Shown here: one piece after another, positions 17,604 to 26,531 of the stretch | How the letters are laid out: each line of letters opens with the position of its first letter | Position numbering within the stretch: the first letter of the stretch is position 1 | Virus record (IMG/VR): IMGVR_UViG_3300032233_002382 | Location: 96,001 to 160,000 of that record | Strand: one strand, 5' to 3' | Source: a virus | Lineage: Duplodnaviria; Caudoviricetes | DNA length: 64,000 nucleotides | The notes under the pieces: model-generated | Told to the model about the DNA's origin: nothing | The model's database searches: none | What the model saw: the letters and a program-made list of their open reading frames with translations, nothing else | Program-made: the position numbers and the translations under genes

Positions 17604-19964
17604 ATGCGTAAACATATTTTTAGTATAACTATTTCTTTTCTCCTCTTGGCTCCGGTGGTTAGTCCTGCACTAGACTCCGATTCGGATGGTCTAGATGACG
17701 CCGACGAAGTTTTAGCAGGACTACCACCGCTGGTTAGGGATTCTGATGCAGATGGTATGTGGGACGTATCAGATGATGATATGGATGGAGACGGGATACC
17801 CAATCTATCAGAGTGCAGCCTTGGCGCTACTACAGTCGTTTCTTTGGTAAATGGAAGCTTTGAATTACCAACATTTTCCGGCACAAACTTATTTTTCCCT
17901 ACTGAAGCTAATATGCCGGGATGGAAGTCTACAGCTCCGGACCACACCTTCGAGCTGTGGCCTAACGGAAATTTCAGTGGGTTTAACGCCTTAGACGGGC
18001 GAGTGTTTGTCGAACTGAATGCGAATTACGTTTCAACTCTATACCAAGACGTGCCCACCACACCGGGAAACAGATTTCTTTATTCGTTCGCCCATTCAGG
18101 ACGCCAGGGTACGGACACTATGGACTTCTTGCTGGGGACCCCAGGAGGCTCACTAGTCCAGCAGAGACGCTGCATAACTCCGGCCCGCACCTGGACTAGG
18201 TACAGCGGCGTTGTTCAGATTCCTGCAGGCCAAACCACCACCAGATTTGCATTTGCAAGCATCTCTTCCTCTTGTGGATCTTCATGTGGAAATTTCTTGG
18301 ATGCCATTAATTTTCGTCCCGCTTGTTTTTCTGATTTCGATCAAGACGGAATCCCAGACGCTCTAGACACTGACTCCGACAACGATGGTCTATCTGACCG
18401 CGTTGAGGGGATGTCGTTTTTCCGAATTGCCGACCGAGACGATGATGGGTGGCTAGACGGAAGCGATAACTGCCCATCTATATCAAACCCTAACCAAGCT
18501 GATTTAGATAGAGACGGTATTGGCGACCTATGTGACAATGATGACGACGGCGACGAGATCGCTGACAATATCGACAACTGTCCGCTTTACAGCAACTTTG
18601 ACCAATTAAACACCGACCATGATTTCTTCGGTGATGTTTGTGATGGTGATGATGATGGAGATTCCATAAGCGACGTAGTTGATAATTGTCCTCTGCATTA
18701 TAACGTAGCGCAAGAAGATCTAGACGGAGATTCAATAGGCGACATATGTGACCTAGACGATGATGGTGATGGGGCTAACGATGATGCGGACAATTGTCCT
18801 TGCCTGGCTAATCCTAGCCAGGCGAATCTAGATAACGATTCTGAAGGAGATGCTTGTGATAGCGATGACGACGGAGACATGGTACCGGATGATGTTGACA
18901 ACTGCTCAAGAATCGCTAATGCTGATCAGTCCGACATGGACCATGATTTAGTCGGTGACATGTGCGATAGTGATCTTGATGGAGATGGGCTTGGAAATGA
19001 TCTAGATAACTGTCCGAACATATCCAACGGCGATCAACGAAACATTGACGATGATGCATTTGGAGACTCATGCGACTTAGATAAAGATAATGACAGCATC
19101 TCAAATTCAGAAGACAACTGTGATGTCATACACAACCCACTACAGTCTGATATGGATCTAGACGGTATCGGCGATGAGTGTGACTCCGACGTTGACGGAG
19201 ATGAAATATCGAATCTAACGGACAACTGCCCCTTGCTTCGGAACGGAACTCAGTTTGACCAAGATCTCGATGGAATAGGAGACATCTGCGATCCGGATGT
19301 GGACGGAGATTCAGTTGTCGATGGTATCGACAACTGCCCTGGGGTGACAAACGCTAGTCAGAATGATACAGACTCAGACGGAATTGGAGATGCTTGCGAT
19401 GTAGATGCTGACGGCGACGGGATAGCGGACAATCATGATAACTGCACAGGGCTATCGAACGCTGACCAGACTGATACCGACACTGACGGGATTGGTGATA
19501 TGTGCGACCCCGACGCAGATGGCGACGGCGTTCCGAATATCGAGGAAGAGAAGATCGGGACAAATCCGCTTGTAGTCGATACTGATGGTGACGGGTATTC
19601 AGATGCCGAAGAAGCAAAGCAAGGTAGTAGTCCCACGGACCCTGGCCAAGTCCCACCGGGAATCTATTCAGGTGGGTGTTCTTCCTCTGGTCCCGTATCA
19701 ACTGGGTCGACTACGTTCGGGTCTAATGCTCCGAACGATCGATCATCCAGTGCTTTTTATGCCTTAGCTTTTATCCCACTCTTTATGCGTCGCAAGCGGA
19801 ACTTTTTCCTTGCTTTGTTGCTTGTTTCTTCGGTCGCTTCGGCAGACCAAGGTGTCCAAGTCTCCGTTCCGCGTGAATTAGAACTATCTTTGACTTCACC
19901 GGAGATAGGATCGGAATTCGTTACTGTGCCTTCCAGTCAATTTAAGGACGGCACCCATTTTTGA
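17604..19964 (+). CDS. Secreted TSP3 (thrombospondin type 3) repeat protein with jelly-roll domain and MYXO-CTERM-like tail; frame runs on into the start of an OM-barrel domain
   Basis: Signal peptide, VNGSFE..FLDAINF carbohydrate-binding-like domain and ten 36-aa DNC..N.Q.D.D.DG.GD.CD repeats. These are followed by GGC + Ser linker + hydrophobic + RRKR, then a second signal-like segment. Confidence 0.85.
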   Translation: MRKHIFSITISFLLLAPVVSPALDSDSDGLDDADEVLAGLPPLVRDSDADGMWDVSDDDMDGDGIPNLSECSLGATTVVSLVNGSFELPTFSGTNLFFPTEANMPGWKSTAPDHTFELWPNGNFSGFNALDGRVFVELNANYVSTLYQDVPTTPGNRFLYSFAHSGRQGTDTMDFLLGTPGGSLVQQRRCITPARTWTRYSGVVQIPAGQTTTRFAFASISSSCGSSCGNFLDAINFRPACFSDFDQDGIPDALDTDSDNDGLSDRVEGMSFFRIADRDDDGWLDGSDNCPSISNPNQADLDRDGIGDLCDNDDDGDEIADNIDNCPLYSNFDQLNTDHDFFGDVCDGDDDGDSISDVVDNCPLHYNVAQEDLDGDSIGDICDLDDDGDGANDDADNCPCLANPSQANLDNDSEGDACDSDDDGDMVPDDVDNCSRIANADQSDMDHDLVGDMCDSDLDGDGLGNDLDNCPNISNGDQRNIDDDAFGDSCDLDKDNDSISNSEDNCDVIHNPLQSDMDLDGIGDECDSDVDGDEISNLTDNCPLLRNGTQFDQDLDGIGDICDPDVDGDSVVDGIDNCPGVTNASQNDTDSDGIGDACDVDADGDGIADNHDNCTGLSNADQTDTDTDGIGDMCDPDADGDGVPNIEEEKIGTNPLVVDTDGDGYSDAEEAKQGSSPTDPGQVPPGIYSGGCSSSGPVSTGSTTFGSNAPNDRSSSAFYALAFIPLFMRRKRNFFLALLLVSSVASADQGVQVSVPRELELSLTSPEIGSEFVTVPSSQFKDGTHF

Positions 19965-21094
19965 TTGCCCCGCTGTTCTCGGTCGATCTATTAAGATGGA
20001 CTGGGCAGCGGGGCGAATCGCTAAATTTGATCCCAAATCTACTAAGTTCGAGCGCTGCTTTCGCTTACGCAGGGAAGTACTGGTTTGTGGGGTTGACCTC
20101 TGAACTAATTACGAGATTAGGCTCGGAGCGCATCGGTGGATTTCAGATCTTAAAACCAGAGGCGTTCGCAGGTGCTCAATTCCGAATCAAATTCCTATCT
20201 GCAAGTGTTCGGGCTGTAACGAATATTCCGATTTCCTATAATAGCTATTTCAACTCGAGCCAGTCTTTAAACGCGATTCTCGCTCTCGGTTTTAAAATCG
20301 ATAAGTTCGATGCTTCATTATCTTCTTCTTACGGCACTAGTGGATTACGCCTAAAGTCAGGCGTTAAGTATAGCTTGTTCGATTGGTTGGGGTTTTCGAT
20401 CGAATCAGATTTAAGCCACCAGATCGGAACGTATTCAGTGTTTCGACTCGGTAATAGATTTTCTGCTATCGCCGGAGTTGCATTCGCTGTAAAGAGCGGA
20501 CCCGGAATTCCTCGATTCGACTCCGTTTTAGGGGTTCGACTTGTACCACCCGATCCTGTGGATAGCCCGGCCGTGGTCGTTGAACGGCCACACCCAGTTG
20601 TTGTGTTGCCATTAGACCCAAAATCGGATCCAGAATCGATCGATTCGACTGCGATAGTCACACCCGTAATCCAGCCTGACGTAACCAGCGATCCCGACCT
20701 AGGCGCAAGCCCGTTGCCGGTTTTAAGTCCAGATCCTTCACCCGAGATCGTTTCGGAAGCGCCGTCTGAAATAAAACCGGTAGTTTCTAACGATATCAAG
20801 CTTCCTACAGTCGAACAGAAGAAGGTCGTATTCGATAAAACCGAGTTAAAGCAATTTGAGCTCATCGAAAAATGGCAGTACTTTCTGAAAGGTCACCCCG
20901 AGATCGAGTTAGTGAGCATTAATTTCGTCGGTGGAAAGATGAGTATGAATGAGGGCTACAACCGAATTAAAAAAGTCAAGGAATTTTTGATTTCTTCCGG
21001 TGTCGAGAAAGAAAGGATACGCCTCGGAAAAATGATTAAATTTTCGGGTGATCCGTACATAAGAATCGACATCATAAGAATCCGGGGTGAATAA
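19961..21094 (+). CDS. OM beta-barrel + Pro-rich linker + degenerate OmpA-like domain (-1 frame continuation of 17604..19964)
   Basis: Alternating amphipathic beta-strands, PDPV..P linker and KVKEFLISSGVEKERI OmpA-like end. The TTG start has no SD and no signal peptide of its own. Confidence 0.7.
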   Translation: MIAPLFSVDLLRWTGQRGESLNLIPNLLSSSAAFAYAGKYWFVGLTSELITRLGSERIGGFQILKPEAFAGAQFRIKFLSASVRAVTNIPISYNSYFNSSQSLNAILALGFKIDKFDASLSSSYGTSGLRLKSGVKYSLFDWLGFSIESDLSHQIGTYSVFRLGNRFSAIAGVAFAVKSGPGIPRFDSVLGVRLVPPDPVDSPAVVVERPHPVVVLPLDPKSDPESIDSTAIVTPVIQPDVTSDPDLGASPLPVLSPDPSPEIVSEAPSEIKPVVSNDIKLPTVEQKKVVFDKTELKQFELIEKWQYFLKGHPEIELVSINFVGGKMSMNEGYNRIKKVKEFLISSGVEKERIRLGKMIKFSGDPYIRIDIIRIRGE

Positions 21095-21831
21095 TGGAGG
21101 ATAATCGGCCCGTATGCGACATTACGCTAAATAAGGATGGATCGATACCATTCGAATCTATCGCTAACTTAGATCCTAACTGTCGAGTGCCTAAGGCTGT
21201 TAAGAATGTAATCATACCTATGGAAGGAGAGCGAGATTCTGTGAAGAATAAAAAACATACGGAGATAAAGACCACCGAAGAAGTTACCTTAAACCAGGAG
21301 GAAGTTCCAATGGCCCAGACCGAATCAGTAAAATCAGTAGACACCCAGGTTTCTGAAGCCCCCGCAACCGTAGCTACGGTAGGTGTCGACCAAGCTGTAA
21401 GTCAGGTAAAATCTCTTATACCGGCAGGGTCAGACGCCAGTCCGGCTTTGATGATTGGCGGGGCAGCGATTCTAGCAGTCGTGGGTGCTGCGATAAAATT
21501 TGGCCCGTCGATGCTAAAAGCTCGGGCTGAAAAGGCCGAAAGAGAACACGAAGCCAAGATGAAACAGCTCGAGATCGAAGAGAAGAAGAGCGAAAAACAG
21601 GAAGACCAGCACCAACAGTGCAATGCATCAAGGCTCGCTCTTGAAGCTAAGGTGGGTGCTCTCGCTTCTCAAGTCGAATCACTATCTGGCAAAGTGGAAA
21701 AATCAGGGTCCTCTTCGTTAAGTTTAGGAGATATGGACTCTGAAGAGCTAGTGGAAAAACTCGAAAAGCATGATAAAGCGATCAAAGCCCTCGATAAGAA
21801 TGTGAAGGCGTTAAAGAAAATATTAGGGTAG
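21094..21831 (+). CDS. Membrane-anchored coiled-coil protein
   Basis: One TM helix (ALMIGGAAILAVVGAAIKF) followed by a coiled coil; possible second start at ATG 21310 with GGAGG. Confidence 0.6.
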   Translation: MEDNRPVCDITLNKDGSIPFESIANLDPNCRVPKAVKNVIIPMEGERDSVKNKKHTEIKTTEEVTLNQEEVPMAQTESVKSVDTQVSEAPATVATVGVDQAVSQVKSLIPAGSDASPALMIGGAAILAVVGAAIKFGPSMLKARAEKAEREHEAKMKQLEIEEKKSEKQEDQHQQCNASRLALEAKVGALASQVESLSGKVEKSGSSSLSLGDMDSEELVEKLEKHDKAIKALDKNVKALKKILG

Positions 21832-21860
21832 TCAGACGGTTAATGGTGAGGAGGAATAAG

Positions 21861-22880
21861 ATGAAAACTAACAAACTGCTCCTCCTCACCATTGGTCTAA
21901 TGCTGTTGATAATCGGAATTCAACATAAACAGCTCCAAGATGCGAATAGTAAACTGACCAAAGTAATCGATCAAAAAGACATTGGCGGTGGGATAGTTCG
22001 GTCTTCCACGTCTGTAGGCACTAGCGCCGACATAGATTCGATGGCCTTGGATGCAGGCGTCGATATTTCTCGAATTCGTTCAGATGCCACCGACAACGGA
22101 GCAGTCGTTACTGGTATAAACGTTACGACCGCCAATACGTCTGGTTCCAACTCGACCAACGTTCGAAGCAGCCGCTCTAAGCCTCGAACGGATGTCGCCC
22201 AGCCGAATTTCGGATCGTGTGTTTGTCCTCCAAATCAAGGCTCAAGCTCGGATATAAAGATCCCACCACCTACGGCTCCCGCTTGTGCACCCGGAAGGTA
22301 CGAAAATTCGGAGCAGGTGTTGGATATTAACGAGCCTGTAACGGACCAAAATATCCCATTCGGGGAAGTCACTTTTAAGGCTTGGAAAGAGGATCCGTGG
22401 AGTCTATCAGTGTTCCCCCGAAGCTATAAATCATCCGTGGTATTTGCAGAGGATGATGATGGAAGAAAAATCGCATATTCGCACATGGAGATCATACAAG
22501 GAGATAATAAAGTCACCTTGCCGATTTCAACGGCCGAAATGGTCATGACCCCGAAACCAGCTAAGTTTAGGTGGGCGAGTCGACTTCATCTAGGGGTATC
22601 GGGAGGTATCCACACCACCCTTGGAATTACTGGTAATGCTGGTCTAGCATTTTACTTTGCTAATTACGGTTCAGACAAATTCCTGCCTGATTTCACTTTC
22701 ATCGGCGCTGGACTCGGATACGACTTCTTAAACTCATCTCCGGTCATATCATTAAACCCCGCATCCTATAGGATTGGTCAGCACTTACCCTTCGTACAGG
22801 ATTTATACTTGTCGCCACAATTGACGCTAGATCTGTCATTGAAGGTCGGTTTGCTAGTTTCGATATCGACTGCTTTATGA
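21861..22880 (+). CDS. Hypothetical exported/membrane protein
   Basis: N-terminal signal/anchor and beta-rich C-terminus; GAGGAGG SD before ATG 21861. Confidence 0.6.
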   Translation: MKTNKLLLLTIGLMLLIIGIQHKQLQDANSKLTKVIDQKDIGGGIVRSSTSVGTSADIDSMALDAGVDISRIRSDATDNGAVVTGINVTTANTSGSNSTNVRSSRSKPRTDVAQPNFGSCVCPPNQGSSSDIKIPPPTAPACAPGRYENSEQVLDINEPVTDQNIPFGEVTFKAWKEDPWSLSVFPRSYKSSVVFAEDDDGRKIAYSHMEIIQGDNKVTLPISTAEMVMTPKPAKFRWASRLHLGVSGGIHTTLGITGNAGLAFYFANYGSDKFLPDFTFIGAGLGYDFLNSSPVISLNPASYRIGQHLPFVQDLYLSPQLTLDLSLKVGLLVSISTAL

Positions 22881-23156
22881 CATAAACTCAGACAAGACGA
22901 CTTCTATTTCTTTTTTGGCTAAGTCAAGACTCTTAGCAGGGCCTTCTATCCAGGTCCTACCGTTTCGACTTATCCACCAATAAGCGTCAGATTTTGATAT
23001 TTGAATAGCAAACGCGTTGTGTTCACGGTCTATAGTCTTTGACCACCCCGATGGAAGCTCGACCCAACTTTTCGACTCGGTTCTAGTCACGGGTCTACGA
23101 ATTTTCGATAAAGCAAACCCGACGGCGAACGAAATTACCATACACACTATTATCAT
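22875..23156 (-). CDS. Small hypothetical membrane protein
   Basis: 93-aa ORF with a hydrophobic N-terminus and GGGGA SD-like site. Confidence 0.55.
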   Translation of the reverse strand: MIIVCMVISFAVGFALSKIRRPVTRTESKSWVELPSGWSKTIDREHNAFAIQISKSDAYWWISRNGRTWIEGPAKSLDLAKKEIEVVLSEFMS

Positions 23157-23164
23157 TTAATCCC

Positions 23165-23374
23165 CTAAGATACTATTACCAATCTTAATATATATCGGTC
23201 ATCTATCATGTGTTCAATACTGCATCGGATTTTCTTATAAAGGTAAGGTTCTATGACTGAAACAAGGTCCGAGTTTATAGCGATTTTAATTTGGTTTAAA
23301 GGACCCGTAACTAGATGAATCCAGTAAGCTTCGTTTTCATATTCTATTGAGCGAACTTCACCAGAAATAATCAC
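23165..23374 (-). CDS. Small hypothetical protein (possible OB-like beta fold)
   Basis: 69-aa GTG ORF filling a gap, with AGGA upstream. Confidence 0.45.
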   Translation of the reverse strand: MIISGEVRSIEYENEAYWIHLVTGPLNQIKIAINSDLVSVIEPYLYKKIRCSIEHMIDDRYILRLVIVS

Positions 23375-23407
23375 GAATCATCCTGATTTATTTTACCGAG
23401 TTTAAAC

Positions 23408-23905
23408 ATGAAAAGAAAGTCAAGACGAGCCAGTGTGAAGAAGCAGGACCGAAACATTAAATACGGTGAAAACGGATATAGATTATGCCGATTTTGCCGG
23501 AAAGAGGTGAAACCTCCGAAAAGAACTATATGTAGTGCAGTCTGCTTACATGAATGGAAACTAAGGTCAGATGTCAAATATCTCAGGGATCATGTATATC
23601 AGAGAGATCTAGGTCAATGTGCTATCTGCAAGATAGACACAAGATACCAAAAAATCAAAGTCGAGGACCTAAAAAGATCAGCAAAGACATCTGGGGCAAA
23701 CGATGAACTTAATCAGTATTTAGCGGATATTCGGGTGACGCCGTTTGAGAGCAGCAAGTCTCTATGGCATGCAGATCATATACTGGCAGTTATGGACGGC
23801 GGCGGACAATGTGGAATCGACAACATCCGCACGTTGTGCGTCTCATGTCATAAGGGGGTAACACGAGACGCACAACGATCCCGCGCTAAGAAGGTAAAGC
23901 GATGA
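23408..23905 (+). CDS. HNH endonuclease with Cys-rich zinc-binding segments
   Basis: CRFC, ICSAVC, QRDLGQCAIC, WHADHIL..GGG....NIRTLCVSCH. Confidence 0.85.
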   Translation: MKRKSRRASVKKQDRNIKYGENGYRLCRFCRKEVKPPKRTICSAVCLHEWKLRSDVKYLRDHVYQRDLGQCAICKIDTRYQKIKVEDLKRSAKTSGANDELNQYLADIRVTPFESSKSLWHADHILAVMDGGGQCGIDNIRTLCVSCHKGVTRDAQRSRAKKVKR

Positions 23906-24362
23906 ATCCTTCTGCAAAGGCAAATATCTTGTGTTCCTTACCCTTAATCGAGCGAGATCCTAAGGACCCGTCCTTCACGATTTCAATCGGAACTGAAAAG
24001 GGTTTCCACTTCTTGTCGCCAGCTAACTTCCAATTTTTACCCTTGAACTTTAGAACGTCGACACTTGCGCTGTCGTTGGTTTCGGACATTGCTTTGTACT
24101 CCTTAGGTAATAGAGACACCACCTTCATAGGGTCTCTGGGTGTTGCCTGTTGAAGTATTTCAACAGGCTGAGCATAAAAAGAGTCGTCCATACACTGAAA
24201 TACCCCGAACTCCAACCCCTTGAATTTCTTCAATCCTAGAAAAGATTCATATCCGTTGGGCACATATGTTGGCCAGTATATCCAGTTAGAGGTAGGTAAA
24301 TCCCACGCTTTATCAGAGCATGAAAGACCCTCGCCTCTTTTTAAACTATACTTATCAGGCAT
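23886..24362 (-). CDS. Hypothetical protein
   Basis: 158-aa ORF with GAGGT SD and an upstream AGTGTATGAT motif. Confidence 0.6.
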   Translation of the reverse strand: MPDKYSLKRGEGLSCSDKAWDLPTSNWIYWPTYVPNGYESFLGLKKFKGLEFGVFQCMDDSFYAQPVEILQQATPRDPMKVVSLLPKEYKAMSETNDSASVDVLKFKGKNWKLAGDKKWKPFSVPIEIVKDGSLGSRSIKGKEHKIFAFAEGFIALPS

Positions 24363-24407
24363 ACTTACCTCACAGACCAGTTAATCTAATATCATACACT
24401 GACTACC

Positions 24408-24599
24408 ATGATAAGTCTAGGGCTAGCATTAACCATAATTGCGATTATATTATATGCTTCTAGTGTATTATATGTTAACGACGGAGAAAGCATTCCCACG
24501 TGCGGTGCTTGTTTGAATGAATACTACAAATGCCACTTAGACAAAGACCATCAGGGTCAACATCAATGCGATGATTTCGGGTCAGTAGTCAAATGGTGA
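24408..24599 (+). CDS. Small membrane protein with CxxC
   Basis: 63 aa; TM helix followed by CGAC..C..H.H.C. Confidence 0.5.
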   Translation: MISLGLALTIIAIILYASSVLYVNDGESIPTCGACLNEYYKCHLDKDHQGQHQCDDFGSVVKW

Positions 24600-24763
24600 A
24601 CAGCAAGAAGATACTAAAATCGATTGTGGCGCCCTCATTATCCGTGGTAGGATTAGCTTCTATATGTAAGATAAGCTATACTAACCTCTGGATTATCTTT
24701 ATATTCTCAGCTGCATATAATTACTTGATTAGTGTCTTGTTAGGTATTGAATCGAATGATTAA
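24593..24763 (+). CDS. Small membrane protein (not in ORF track)
   Basis: Hand-translated 56 aa MVNSKKILKSIVAPSLSVVGLASICKISYTNLWIIFIFSAAYNYLISVLLGIESND, overlapping the previous stop. Confidence 0.5.
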   Translation: MVNSKKILKSIVAPSLSVVGLASICKISYTNLWIIFIFSAAYNYLISVLLGIESND

Positions 24764-24783
24764 CCTTGCACCATGGGAATTAA

Positions 24784-24936
24784 GGGGATCGCTGCGCAGT
24801 CGCCAGACCGGTGGAAGGTCACGACTGGGCCGTTGGGGATCATCAACGGCATCCAAAAATGGGCCAGCCATTGATGTTGGTTTCGCGGTCGTGTTGTGTC
24901 GCTTATTCAGCGCTGGCCTCTTCCCGCGCCACTTTT
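24784..24936. ncRNA. Candidate structured RNA in an otherwise non-coding gap
   Basis: Stems CAGTCG/CGACTG (24797-802/24822-27) with inner GACC/GGTC; GCCGTTG/CAACGGC (24829-35/24844-50); GGCCAGC/GCTGGCC (24862-68/24912-18). Possible closing pair GGGGA/TTCCC, then a T5 run. Confidence 0.3.
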
Positions 24937-25092
24937 TCGGCTTGCAGATCGATCCAAAATTCGCGTTTTATTATGCTTCTATGGAGTCGAGACCATGAGA
25001 TAAACCATCATATAATCTACAGTAAATTTCACTGTCATACTATCTTACCCTCCAACCCTCTAACCCCTAACTGGCAACTTTCTAGGAATCAA

Positions 25093-25533
25093 ATGGGCAA
25101 CAAATTGTTCGTAGGCAATCTCTCCTGGTCGGCTACTGAAACTGAACTTAAGTCACATTTTTCGAGCGTCGGAACCGTGAAGGACGCCCGTATCATGATG
25201 GATCGCGAAACAGGTCGTAGCCGTGGTTTCGCTTTCGTCACGATGTCTTCCGATGAGGAGGCAAACCGGGCCGTAGGCGAATTTCACGGTGTGATGTTCA
25301 TGGGACGCGATCTGATCGTGAACGAAGCTCGCGATCGTAATGCTCCCGGTGCTCCTCCTGCTGCTTCCATGCACCGCGAGTCGACTCACAGGCCGCGACC
25401 CAGACCCTCTGTTGATCAGGGTCATTTCCAGGACGCGCCAATGTTTGCGGAACCTCCTCCAGATCGCTCGCGTGGTCGTCGCTTTAACCAGAATGACCGT
25501 CGTAAGCGTGGTGGGTATGATGATTTCGAGTAA
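25093..25533 (+). CDS. RRM-domain RNA-binding protein
   Basis: RNP2 LFVGNL, RNP1 RGFAFVTM, DRETGRSRG and Arg/Gly-rich tail. True start is ATG 25093 with AGGA SD. Confidence 0.9.
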   Translation: MGNKLFVGNLSWSATETELKSHFSSVGTVKDARIMMDRETGRSRGFAFVTMSSDEEANRAVGEFHGVMFMGRDLIVNEARDRNAPGAPPAASMHRESTHRPRPRPSVDQGHFQDAPMFAEPPPDRSRGRRFNQNDRRKRGGYDDFE

Positions 25534-25576
25534 GTGATCCGGCTTTTAATCCCTCATGGTATCATTAGGAGATACC

Positions 25577-26032
25577 ATGAGGGAAATCACTCTAAATTCT
25601 TATCCGTACGTTGTGAACGAGATTATACCGAATTTGTTTATGGGCGCGGCTCCTCCCATAAACGTTGACTATGACAAGTCATTCGGATGTTTAGTCCTGT
25701 GTGCGGCGGAGTATCAGCCTTCTTCTCATTGTTTCCCTGGTTTAGACGTGTTGAACTGTCCGTTTACTGACTCTGCCGATCCTATTAACGCAAGCATGTC
25801 TGATTTGATCGACCGAACTTCTCGCAGAGTAGCGGAAATGGTCAAGTCAAATGAACCCGTTCTAGTCACTTGTTTAGCTGGCCTGAATAGGTCTGGGTTA
25901 GTTACAGCTTTAGCGATGAGCAAATTTCTCAAACACGACATCAACAAGACGATCGGGTTGATTAAGAGTAACCGAGCCCCGGCGGCTTTGAGCAACCCAT
26001 ACTTTGTGTCGCTGTTAAAAAACGGATTCTAA
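25577..26032 (+). CDS. Dual-specificity protein phosphatase
   Basis: CX5R loop VTCLAGLNRSG; AGGAG SD before ATG 25577. Confidence 0.85.
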   Translation: MREITLNSYPYVVNEIIPNLFMGAAPPINVDYDKSFGCLVLCAAEYQPSSHCFPGLDVLNCPFTDSADPINASMSDLIDRTSRRVAEMVKSNEPVLVTCLAGLNRSGLVTALAMSKFLKHDINKTIGLIKSNRAPAALSNPYFVSLLKNGF

Positions 26033-26313
26033 TGTATACTTTGGTGCGTTTATTAGGGTATGGAATTGGTATTCTAAGTCTTAACGGGTCATTGTCGGAA
26101 CCTGCCGACATACTTGTCGATAATGGATTCCGAGTACAGGAACTACTGAAGATCGACGACAATCGATTCCTTTTTATGTGCGGGAACGGTCTTGAGCCGA
26201 CCGAATGGAATATTAGGCAGTTCGATAAAGATGAAATTAGCGAAATGCGATCATTCATTGAAGACCATGCAAGCGATGCTTTGAAATCTCGATTCGATCT
26301 TGTATTTAACTGA
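26032..26313 (+). CDS. Hypothetical protein
   Basis: 93-aa ORF translationally coupled by TAATG overlap. Confidence 0.55.
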   Translation: MYTLVRLLGYGIGILSLNGSLSEPADILVDNGFRVQELLKIDDNRFLFMCGNGLEPTEWNIRQFDKDEISEMRSFIEDHASDALKSRFDLVFN

Positions 26314-26359
26314 CGGAAATTCCTGGCTTATGTATTTTCTCCCGTAGCTGGGAGAATCG

Positions 26360-26530
26360 ATGGTCCATCAGTGGCGCTTAGTAGACGGTAGTAACATAGT
26401 CTATCGATGTGATCTATGCAAATTGTTCGGATATATTGATAGAGATTGTCCAGAAGGGCAATTTCGAATTGTACCTGCCGCTAAAGTGGAATGTCAAGTC
26501 GAAACCGCCCGAACTATCATGGAGGCGTAG
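26360..26530 (+). CDS. Small Cys-containing (zinc-ribbon-like) protein (not in ORF track)
   Basis: Hand-translated 56 aa MVHQWRLVDGSNIVYRCDLCKLFGYIDRDCPEGQFRIVPAAKVECQVETARTIMEA; GGAGA SD; stop lies 1 nt before the ruvB GTG. Confidence 0.6.
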   Translation: MVHQWRLVDGSNIVYRCDLCKLFGYIDRDCPEGQFRIVPAAKVECQVETARTIMEA

Positions 26531-26531
26531 A

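Noticed and set aside
23408-23905. HNH gene as part of a group I intron or as a terminase partner
   Set aside because: It does not interrupt a host gene, and no terminase or intron core was seen nearby; treated as a free-standing nuclease.
24811-25092. 94-aa N-terminal extension of the RRM ORF, and the 24747..24998 ORF
   Set aside because: No SD, not protein-like; RRM homology begins at ATG 25093, which has its own SD.
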